Positions 8,965 to 16,353 of a DNA stretch of 32,000 nt are shown here, in pieces. Origin of the DNA: Pyrobaculum calidifontis JCM 11548 (GTDB taxonomy: Archaea > Thermoproteota > Thermoprotei > Thermoproteales > Thermoproteaceae); contig NC_009073.1 of the NCBI RefSeq assembly GCF_000015805.1, forward strand, positions 150,001 through 182,000, given 5' to 3'. The position numbers and the translations under genes are program-made. The notes beneath the pieces were generated by a model, which saw nothing but the letters and a program-made list of their open reading frames with translations, was not told where the DNA came from and made no database searches. Numbering within the stretch: the stretch's first letter is position 1; every line of letters begins with the position of its first letter.

Positions 8965-10820
8965 TTCGGTTTGTTACTTTCAGCGAGGTCCCCCTACAAA
9001 GTTATAAACAGCGACTTTTTAATGCCGCGGAGCGGCAGAGATATGTCGCCGTCTAAAGTAGCTGGAGACGGCTGGGACGAGCTCTGCCGACACCTGCGGA
9101 ATATCCACCATCGCTACATGGAACTTGCTAGGTTTCATAGCGAGAGGTGCAACTTCCCTGGGGCCCATTGTAAGCGGCCGTGGGGCAGGGAGTACACAGA
9201 GGATGATCTGAAGCTGATGTGGAAGTACATAGAGTACACAGAGCCTCTGTGTTGCAAACTGATGAAAGGGCTGGCGGGGGTAGAGTATAGGATAAGAGAG
9301 CTTGGGATAGAGAGCCTTAAGAGACATGGTGGCTTAGTCAAAAGGTCGGTGGCGCACAGCGAGATTACAAAGTGGCACCTAAATAAGCCGGTGCTTGTTT
9401 ATCTAACGCTATTGGACACGGAGATGCGTGTCACGTGGAGAGAACTTGACGAGACGTCGCTACGGAGTCAGCAGAAGGAGTTTATGCAATTTGTGGATGG
9501 GGCTCATGGTGCCAGGGATACGAGGGTGGGAGTCTTCGATATAGATGTGGACTACAAGAGACTGTGGCTTGAGATACCGCTAGTAGAGCCGGTATCGCGC
9601 ATGTTGGGCCAGAGAGATAGGGCGCCTGTGGCGTTGTTTAGAAACTTGGGCTGGTTGCTCAGTGACGATAGACGAGGTAGCTTGAAGCATAGTGCCAGTA
9701 ATCCTGGCCAAATTGCCTTACGGCTTTTTGACTGGATTGCCTTGGCGAAATACGCCATTGAAGTATTGAACTTATCCCCTAATAAGCCTCTGGTATTTAA
9801 GCTGGCGGTCCGCCAAGCCACAAAGACTGTGATGAGCATAAGCCCTACAGTGGAAATGTGGCCGGTCGGCACAGCGGCTGAGGTCATTAGGGGTCTCTAT
9901 AAGTGGTTTGGAATTACGCTGGGCAGAACGGAGGGAGTGCTCGTGCGGGGCTACGCCGTGCTAAAGGCGTTGAGGGAGGCGGCGTTTAAAAGGAATGGCA
10001 GAGTGTACGTGGTTGACGACGCCGGCGCTTGGATTGCCTTCAGCAACGCCGTGGGGACGCTCGTGCTGGGGGATGGCAATATGTATAGGACAGAGCTGAG
10101 AATTGCGGCAAAAACTACGCCGAAGAAGACGTTTAAGGGGGAGACTTCTCTGGCGAGTGAACTAGCCGAGGCTGTAAAAGGTATTCTCGCGGGGCCATTT
10201 ATACGTCTCAGGCCGTGGCACATGCGTCTCCTACTGCCTATTGCGCCGAGCCCTGCGTTTGGGAAAGCTTTGAATCTTTACACGTCGCTGGCTAGAAACC
10301 CTGTAGCGGCCCTTGTTGAACTAGGTAATGCTAAATATCTACTTTACCGTTATGATAACAGATTTGGGGTAAAAGGCGTAACAGCTGTCGAATTGTACGA
10401 AACGTTGAAGAAATTAGATATAGAGGTAAAGCTAAGGGGCAACGCGGTCAAATTTACGCCAAAACAGCTAGAGGAATTAGCGCAGAGAGGTGTCTCCGTA
10501 CGGTTTTTAGACGAGATAGAAAAGGTGGCGGCCAGAGAGATGATCAGGAGGTTAGAGAAGGCTAAGAAGAGGGCTGGCAGGGCGATGAAGCCGCAACTCG
10601 ATGTCGAGTCTGTTAGGCGTGTGTTAGTAGAGATGGCAAAGATCGCCAGAATCATTGTAGCACAGTACAAGCGCGGAGAGTACATCAGGATAATTCCCCA
10701 TGATAAGACAAAGGCGTGCGAAATAAAGGCTATGCTTTTGTCTGTGGGCATAAGGAGTTCGCTATTACGGCATAAAGGAGAGGTGAGGGTATATGAAAAG
10801 AGATCCCTAGAAATAATCAA
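8965..10820 (+). mobile_element. Candidate single-gene cassette (PaREP2-like gene with its own TATA box) between direct repeats
   Basis: Bracketed by the 13/15 direct repeat. Contains TTATAAA (9002-9008) and the whole conserved part of the gene. Codon usage is visibly more A/T-ending than in neighbouring genes, especially in the 3' third. The similarity I could trace to the second copy stops at 10818. Mobility is inferred, not shown. Confidence 0.3.
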
Positions 10821-10866
10821 AACGGCTTTGCTCTCCATAAAGGCTGAAGCCCCGGCCGGGATTTGA
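9043..10866 (+). CDS. Large conserved hypothetical protein, PaREP2-like multi-copy family (paralog 1), with two LAGLIDADG-like motifs
   Basis: Alignable over its full length with 28359-30191; roughly half the positions are identical in the blocks I aligned by eye (e.g. FRNLGWLLSDD, RLFDWIALA, DWFGITLG, GAWIAFSNAV, WHMRLLLP, IRIIPHDK). ATG at 9043 is chosen because both paralogs then begin about 25-26 aa before the shared ELARF block, and TTATAAA at 9002-9008 predicts a TSS near 9030. The track's TTG at 8926 and ATG at 9022 are less likely. The stop TGA (10864-10866) lies inside the antisense tRNA-Cys. Confidence 0.8.
   Translation: MSPSKVAGDGWDELCRHLRNIHHRYMELARFHSERCNFPGAHCKRPWGREYTEDDLKLMWKYIEYTEPLCCKLMKGLAGVEYRIRELGIESLKRHGGLVKRSVAHSEITKWHLNKPVLVYLTLLDTEMRVTWRELDETSLRSQQKEFMQFVDGAHGARDTRVGVFDIDVDYKRLWLEIPLVEPVSRMLGQRDRAPVALFRNLGWLLSDDRRGSLKHSASNPGQIALRLFDWIALAKYAIEVLNLSPNKPLVFKLAVRQATKTVMSISPTVEMWPVGTAAEVIRGLYKWFGITLGRTEGVLVRGYAVLKALREAAFKRNGRVYVVDDAGAWIAFSNAVGTLVLGDGNMYRTELRIAAKTTPKKTFKGETSLASELAEAVKGILAGPFIRLRPWHMRLLLPIAPSPAFGKALNLYTSLARNPVAALVELGNAKYLLYRYDNRFGVKGVTAVELYETLKKLDIEVKLRGNAVKFTPKQLEELAQRGVSVRFLDEIEKVAAREMIRRLEKAKKRAGRAMKPQLDVESVRRVLVEMAKIARIIVAQYKRGEYIRIIPHDKTKACEIKAMLLSVGIRSSLLRHKGEVRVYEKRSLEIIKTALLSIKAEAPAGI
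10821..10835. repeat. Right copy of the 13/15-nt direct repeat
   Basis: AACGGCTTTGCTCTC begins 3 nt after the last nucleotide of the block shared with the second paralog (GAAATAATC, 10810-10818). Confidence 0.45.
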
Positions 10867-10958
10867 ACCCGGGACTTCCGCGCCGGCGGCTCTACGGGTC
10901 TGCAGCCCGCCGCTCTAGTCGGATAATTAGCCCTCTAACCACGCTGAGCTACCGGGGC
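10848..10958 (-). tRNA. tRNA-Cys (anticodon GCA) with two non-canonical introns
   Basis: Minus strand: GCCCCGG TA GCTC AGCGTGGTTA [GAGGGCTAATTATCCGACTA] GAGC G GCGGG CTGCAGA CCCGT AG[AGCCGCCGGCGCGGAA]GTC CCGGG TTCAAAT CCCGG CCGGGGC T. After removing a 20-nt D-arm insert (10916-10935) and a 16-nt variable-region insert (10876-10891), the cloverleaf is complete. TATA-like AAATTTAAAAATT lies upstream. No CCA is encoded. Intron borders are ambiguous by a few nt. Confidence 0.78.
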
Positions 10959-11184
10959 TATCTCTTTTCCTTCCTCAATTTTTAAATTTACTGCCGCGTT
11001 TCCCTAGGTTACAGGTAGCCGCCTTTAGGAGACCGGCACCATGTGTTACGTCTAGTGGAGGCAAGCCTTAGAGTCTGGCCGCTCTCGTTGTTCGCCGAGC
11101 CTCAGTGGTCATGTCATCTCTATTTTATTGCATGCCTCGATGCGAGCGAACGACTTGCGCTCTTCTGCGCGCAGTATTGGAAAA

Positions 11185-13056
11185 TTACTGCCGTCCTATT
11201 GCCTTTTTGATCTCTTCTACGGCGGTGGGGTTTTCGAGAGCTGAGAGGTCGCCTGGGCTTTTTCCCAGGAGAATTGCCCTTATTACCCTCCTCATGATTT
11301 TGGCGTTTCTAGTCTTGGGGAGCTCTTTCACGAAGTATATCTCCTCCAAGGCGCCGTACGCCTTGCCAAGCGCCTTCTCCGCCAGCGCTGCCAGCTCTCT
11401 TTTAAGCTCTTCGCTTGGCTGAAAGCCCTGCTTTAACACTACGAAGGCCACTGGCACCTCGCCCTTGAGCGGGTCGGGCTTGCCCACCACAGCCGACTCG
11501 GCCACTGCGGGGTGGGAGTTAAGCACGCCCTCCACCTCGGCGGGGCCTAGGCGCTTCCCAGCCACCTTGAGCGTGTCGTCTGCCCTGCCCACGATGTAGA
11601 AGTAGCCGTCTTCGTCTACCACAGCCGCGTCGCCGTGCGCCCACACCCCCGGCCACTTGGACCAGTACGTCTCTAAATACCGCTGGGGGTCCCTCCAGAA
11701 GCCCCTAGTCATGCCAGGCCAAACGGACAGCACCACCAGCTCTCCCTCAACCCCCGGCGGCGCCGGCTTTCCGTCTTCTGTAAACACGGCGGCTTTTGTC
11801 CCCGGCGAGGGGCCGTTGAAGGATGTGGGCTTTATGGGCTTTACCACGTAGCACCCCAGTATGCCTCCGGAGATCTCTGTGCCGCCTGAGTAGTTTATTA
11901 TGGGCGCCCTCCCCCTCCCGGCCTTGTGCAGCCACCACCAGCTCTCGGCGTCTATGGGCTCCCCAGTGTTGCCGAATGCCTTCAGCTCGCCCGCCCCTTC
12001 CCCAGGCTCTGCCCCAATTGTGCGGAGGTGTCTTGTGAGCGTGGCGGCCATGCCGAGCACCTTTACCTTAAACCGCTCTACGAACTTCCACACCCTGTCT
12101 TTGGGGTAGTCGGGGGCTCCCTCGAAGAAGGCCATGGAGCCCCTCAGCAGATACGCCGAGAAGACGAGCCACGGCCCCATCATCCACCCCATGTCTGTGA
12201 CCCAGGTGAGGGTCTCCCCCCTCTTGAGGTCGAAGTGGAAGTAGACGTCGGCGGCGGCCTTTATGGGGAACCCCCCGTGGACGTGCACTGTGGCCTTGGG
12301 CTTCCCAGTGGTGCCCGAGGTGTATATGAGCATCATGGGGTCCTCCGCCTCGGTGACCTCCACGTAGTCTCCGCCTGTGCGAAAGACCTCGCCCAAGTCT
12401 ACGTAGTCCTTCCTCTCCCTGGCCCTCGCGTGGAGCACCACGGCCTCCACAGACTTGGCCAACCCGGCCTCCAGCTCGGCCAACATGTCCACCTCCCTCC
12501 CCCTCCTATACGACACATCTGAGGCAAAGACGAAGCGGGCCTCGCTGTCCTCAAGCCTAATTCTAATGGCCTCTCTGCCGAAGCCGCTGAAAAGCGGCAC
12601 AAAAATCCCCCCAGCCCTAATGATGCCGAGCATCACAGGCACAATTTCGGGCACCATGGGCATGTAGACGGCCACTCTATCCCCCTTTCTAAGCCCCGCC
12701 CTCTTCAGCCAAGAGGCCACTGCCCTTGCCTTGTAGAGCACGTAGGAGTAAGACCACTCGGCCGCCGAACCGTCTTCCCCCTCCCACTTCACCAGCGGCT
12801 GGGCGGACTCCTCCACCTGGTCGCCGATGTTTAAAAATCCTCCCACAAACCAGCGAGGCCACTGAACACCGCGGGAGAGGTCCAGTACTTTCTCATAACG
12901 CCTGGCCCACCTCAGCCCCAGGACGTGCGACTCAAACCAAGACCAGAAGTCCCCCGTGTAGGTATATTCCAGGAATTTCTCAAGCGGCTCCCCCCTCTCC
13001 GCCAGAGTCTTAGCCACGTTGGACTCCTCCAAGTGCTCTCTTTCGGGCTTCCACAT
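11185..13056 (-). CDS. AMP-forming acetyl-CoA/acyl-CoA synthetase
   Basis: 623 aa with the adenylation motif LIYTSGTTGKPKATVH, GEPI...WWW, YSGGTEISG, a GD...DEDGYFYIVGRADD hinge and the C-terminal LPKTRNAKIMRR lysine motif. Confidence 0.9.
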   Translation of the reverse strand: MWKPEREHLEESNVAKTLAERGEPLEKFLEYTYTGDFWSWFESHVLGLRWARRYEKVLDLSRGVQWPRWFVGGFLNIGDQVEESAQPLVKWEGEDGSAAEWSYSYVLYKARAVASWLKRAGLRKGDRVAVYMPMVPEIVPVMLGIIRAGGIFVPLFSGFGREAIRIRLEDSEARFVFASDVSYRRGREVDMLAELEAGLAKSVEAVVLHARARERKDYVDLGEVFRTGGDYVEVTEAEDPMMLIYTSGTTGKPKATVHVHGGFPIKAAADVYFHFDLKRGETLTWVTDMGWMMGPWLVFSAYLLRGSMAFFEGAPDYPKDRVWKFVERFKVKVLGMAATLTRHLRTIGAEPGEGAGELKAFGNTGEPIDAESWWWLHKAGRGRAPIINYSGGTEISGGILGCYVVKPIKPTSFNGPSPGTKAAVFTEDGKPAPPGVEGELVVLSVWPGMTRGFWRDPQRYLETYWSKWPGVWAHGDAAVVDEDGYFYIVGRADDTLKVAGKRLGPAEVEGVLNSHPAVAESAVVGKPDPLKGEVPVAFVVLKQGFQPSEELKRELAALAEKALGKAYGALEEIYFVKELPKTRNAKIMRRVIRAILLGKSPGDLSALENPTAVEEIKKAIGRQ

Positions 13057-13102
13057 GGGTTAGAATTGAATAAAGTTTTAAAAAGTGTATCGACTTGTTA
13101 AT

Positions 13103-14233
13103 ATGCTTGACGAAGAGCATAGGTTAATTTTAAAAAGTGTGAGAGAATTCACAGAACTACATGTTAGACCTAGGGCCAGGGAGATAGACAGGGGTGTCTA
13201 CCCCAGGGAGATATTGAGAAAGCTAGGCGAGTTGGGTCTCCTAGCGCCCACAATCCCGCCTGAGTTCAACGGCGGCGGCTCAGACACCTTGACACAGGTA
13301 TTGGTGGTGGAGGAGCTGGCTAGGGCAAGCCCCGGGGTGGCCACAATTATGGAAATTCAGAGCTCCATGATAGCGGAGAATATATACGCCATGGGCAACC
13401 CCCGGCAGAGGGAGGAGCTTTTGCCCAAGTTTGCCTCCGGCGAGCTCATATGCGCTTTTGCTCTTTCTGAGCCTTGTTGTGGTAGTGATGCTGGGGCTAT
13501 TGAGACTAGGGCTGTGCGTGTGGGTGGTGAGTGGCGTATTTCTGGGGTTAAGATGTGGATTACCAGTGGCTTGTACGCAGACTACTACCTAGTCTTTGCC
13601 CGCACTGGCCCCAAAGAGGCTAGGCACAAGGCGATAACCGCCTTCCTAGTGAAGAGGGGAAGCTGCGTAGAGGCTACTCCAATAGAGGTAATGGGCGTGA
13701 GAGGCACAGGCACCGCCGAGGTAAAATTCAACGAATGCCCAGCCAACGACGACGACATAGTAGGAAAAATAAACGAAGGATGGGCCGTTGTAGTTCATGC
13801 ATTGAACGTGGGTAGGGCGGCTATATCTGGCGTGGCTGTGGGTATCGCCAGGGGGGCCTTTGAGGAGGCACTCTCCTGGGCCAGGGGTAGGAGGCTGTTT
13901 GGGAAAACGCTCATAGAGTTCCAGAACACCCAGTTTGAGCTAGCTGAGATGTACGCCGCCATTGAGACGGCGAGGACTTTGACGTACTACGCAGCATATC
14001 TGTACGATGTGAAGTCTCCCGACTTTGTAGCCATGGCCCATGTGGCAAAGCTTCAGACGGCGAGAATTGCGGTGGACGTGGCGAGGAGGGCTGTGCAACT
14101 CGAGGGCGGATACGGCTACAGCAAGGAGAGTAAGGCGGAGATGTTCTATAGAGATGCCAAAATTCTTGAAATCGGCGAGGGCACAAACGAGGTGATGAAG
14201 TACGTCTTATTCAAACTCCTGGAGAAACGCTAG
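13103..14233 (+). CDS. Acyl-CoA dehydrogenase
   Basis: MLDEEHRLILKSVREF..., ALSEPCCGSDAGAIETRA, KMWITSG and the C-terminal RDAKILEIGEGTNEV are ACAD family blocks. ATG at 13103 (about 25 nt after AAAGTTTTAAAAAG) is preferred to the track's GTG at 13085. Confidence 0.92.
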   Translation: MLDEEHRLILKSVREFTELHVRPRAREIDRGVYPREILRKLGELGLLAPTIPPEFNGGGSDTLTQVLVVEELARASPGVATIMEIQSSMIAENIYAMGNPRQREELLPKFASGELICAFALSEPCCGSDAGAIETRAVRVGGEWRISGVKMWITSGLYADYYLVFARTGPKEARHKAITAFLVKRGSCVEATPIEVMGVRGTGTAEVKFNECPANDDDIVGKINEGWAVVVHALNVGRAAISGVAVGIARGAFEEALSWARGRRLFGKTLIEFQNTQFELAEMYAAIETARTLTYYAAYLYDVKSPDFVAMAHVAKLQTARIAVDVARRAVQLEGGYGYSKESKAEMFYRDAKILEIGEGTNEVMKYVLFKLLEKR

Positions 14234-14562
14234 CTGTTTAACAGCAGGTAGAAGGCCGGCGTCACGTACTTCATAGACGCCACTTTCTGCGCGGTGGGCG
14301 GAAGCGGCTTGGCTATTGTGGCAATTTTGTCCGTGGCCATGTACTTCCTGTACTTGTGCTTGAAGTCGAGGGTAGCCTCCTCATACACAATGGCGTAGCC
14401 CTCCGCCACAAGCTCGTCTAAGACGGCCTCCACCGCTATGGGCGTAAGCTCCGCCTTCTGCTTCAGCTCACGCAGAGCGATTACCACCAGCGAGTATATA
14501 GTTTCCACGTCCCCCGACTCCACGGCCGCAAGCGCTGAGGCCACTAAAGTCTTCAAATCCAC
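14230..14562 (-). CDS. Hypothetical protein (110 aa), downstream partner of the P-loop NTPase
   Basis: The ORF starts 27 nt after the stop of 14590-16293 on the same strand. Helical N-terminal half; the segment EAVLDELVAEGYAIVYEE is wHTH-like. No recognisable family. Confidence 0.55.
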   Translation of the reverse strand: MDLKTLVASALAAVESGDVETIYSLVVIALRELKQKAELTPIAVEAVLDELVAEGYAIVYEEATLDFKHKYRKYMATDKIATIAKPLPPTAQKVASMKYVTPAFYLLLNS

Positions 14563-14589
14563 GAAAAGGCAACAGACCCAGTATTTATC

Positions 14590-16293
14590 TTATGTGCAGA
14601 ACTGGTGTGGTCTGTACTTCTCTACTAGTCTACCATACCCCGCGGCCGTCAGCGCCACTTCCAGCTGGCGCAGGGCTTCACAGCCCCTAGCCCTAGCCGC
14701 GGCGGCAAGCGCCACTTCTACCACCACGTCTCTACACGCCTCTCCACACGCCTTGTAGAGGGCCTCTGCGTCGCCCACGTATTGTACATACTTGTCGACG
14801 AGCGCCCCGCTTGCTCTGCCCATTTTAGAGGCCTCGGCGAGGGCGTACACTATCAAGTCCCTAGGCACAACGGCGGCCGCCTCAACGAGAGACAAGGCGA
14901 GCCCCCTGGCCTCAGGCCCGCCCCTCGACAGAGCCAGCTCCACGTAGTCTCTAAACGGGGTCACGTCCACCCTCCGCCTCTTAGCCTCCTCATTGAGAAA
15001 GGCGAGGAACTCAACCCACTTGTCCTCCCCCAGCTCCTCAGCCCTCACGCTGGCGTAGTAGGCGGGGCCCTCGGGCAGAGGCGGAAAGTCCAGCGACAGC
15101 CGGTACGGGTGCACAATGGCGTTGACCAACTCCTCCCCCATGGCGCCGCCTCTGCAAAGCCGCGCGAGCTTCCCCACGCAAGGGCTTTCCCCAAGGGCCA
15201 GGCGCAGAACGGCCTCTGCCAAGTCGCTATAGGCGCCGTGGGCTATCACAAACCCCTTCAGCAAGAGGCGAAGGTCGACCTCCCGGCGCCCTCCTCCCAG
15301 CTCCTCTGCCACTTTTACCAGGGCCTCTTCGCAGAGGGGCCCCACCCGCCTTAGAGAGCGCACATACCACCCAGGCCTTGTAAAACGCCTAAGGCCATCT
15401 GCGGCTTGTAGCGCGAGCACCTCCACGTACTCCCTGTGGGGGCTTGGAATTTTTCTAGCCAGCGAGACTAGCCTCTCCGCCACCCTCACCTTTGCCTCAA
15501 CCTCCTCGTAGTGCGCCACCTCTGAGAGGAGAGGCCCCGGCAGGCGGCGGTGGGCTACCACATCGGCGAAGCGGGGGCCAGCGTAGACCGCCTTGACGTA
15601 CTTCTTCAGTTTTTCCACAAAGGAGGCGCGCGCCACCTCCACCAGCCCCTCGGGGTCCTCGTCGCAGTAGCGCAATGCCTTCGCCGCGTAAAGCGCCATG
15701 TAGTAGCCCCCCTCGCCCCACTTAGACACAGCCGCTGCCACATACTCGGCGTAGCTATCCCCGCAGTAAACCTCCGCGTTTTCCTCAAAAATTCTCCTAG
15801 CCACATCCTCAGACTGGCCAACTCTAACTTTGACAAATTTACGTAGATATGCACCGCATCGGACGGCGAGCTCCCGGGGGAGAACTAACACCACGGGGTA
15901 GCCCCTCCTCTGGAGGTAGGCGGAGCGGGCCGCAATTCTCTGGCAGCCGTCCCTCCACAGAGTTGCGTACTCCACCCACACGTCTGGCTCTTCGTAGAAC
16001 TGGGGCGGCAGCGCGTCAAAGAAGCCAAAGGCCCACTTCGCCCTCTCGGCCACTTTTAAATACTCGGCGAACGTGGCAGTGTCCACAGAGAGATCTATCG
16101 CCGCGGCGCCTTCTCCCACTGCCGTGTACATGGCGGTAAAAACGGCGGCGGATTTCCCAACGCCGTGAGGCCCCAAGACGAGGACGGAGGAGCCCTCCTT
16201 CAGCAGTTTACGCACCTCTTCCACTAGGGGCGTTGGGACTAGCTTTACGCCGCCCATGTAGACTTCGCCGCGCCGCAGAGACAGCACGTACAC
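14590..16293 (-). CDS. P-loop NTPase with a long helical C-terminal region (STAND/AAA-like architecture), function unknown
   Basis: Walker A LVLGPHGVGKSAAVF near the N-terminus and a candidate Walker B AFGFFDA. The remaining ~400 aa are Ala/Leu/Arg/Glu-rich and look all-helical. GTG at 16293 sits about 20 nt from a TTAAATAT box (minus-strand reading of 16310-17). An alternative ATG is at 16257. Confidence 0.75.
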   Translation of the reverse strand: MYVLSLRRGEVYMGGVKLVPTPLVEEVRKLLKEGSSVLVLGPHGVGKSAAVFTAMYTAVGEGAAAIDLSVDTATFAEYLKVAERAKWAFGFFDALPPQFYEEPDVWVEYATLWRDGCQRIAARSAYLQRRGYPVVLVLPRELAVRCGAYLRKFVKVRVGQSEDVARRIFEENAEVYCGDSYAEYVAAAVSKWGEGGYYMALYAAKALRYCDEDPEGLVEVARASFVEKLKKYVKAVYAGPRFADVVAHRRLPGPLLSEVAHYEEVEAKVRVAERLVSLARKIPSPHREYVEVLALQAADGLRRFTRPGWYVRSLRRVGPLCEEALVKVAEELGGGRREVDLRLLLKGFVIAHGAYSDLAEAVLRLALGESPCVGKLARLCRGGAMGEELVNAIVHPYRLSLDFPPLPEGPAYYASVRAEELGEDKWVEFLAFLNEEAKRRRVDVTPFRDYVELALSRGGPEARGLALSLVEAAAVVPRDLIVYALAEASKMGRASGALVDKYVQYVGDAEALYKACGEACRDVVVEVALAAAARARGCEALRQLEVALTAAGYGRLVEKYRPHQFCT

Positions 16294-16353
16294 GTATTAT
16301 GCACAGCGCATATTTAACGCCCCGTGTTTAAAATATATATAACGTTTGCGAAG
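16294..16353. promoter_or_regulatory. A/T-rich divergent promoter region
   Basis: 60-bp gap containing ATATTTAA (16310-16317, serving the minus gene) and GTTTAAAATATATATAAC (16326-16343, serving the plus gene). Each box lies about 20-25 nt from its start codon. Confidence 0.6.

Noticed and set aside
8926-9042. Upstream starts for the PaREP2-like genes (TTG 8926 and ATG 9022 for paralog 1; TTG 30227 for paralog 2)
   Set aside because: The extensions are not conserved between the paralogs. The TATA box at 9002-9008 predicts a transcription start downstream of 9022. Both proteins align from MSPSK/MACKS onward.
10988-11193. 9-nt direct repeat TTACTGCCG (10988-10996 and 11185-11193) in the tRNA-Cys / synthetase intergenic region
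   Set aside because: The match is short enough to arise by chance within a ~200-bp region. The second copy is simply the stop-codon context of the synthetase gene (CGG CAG TAA).
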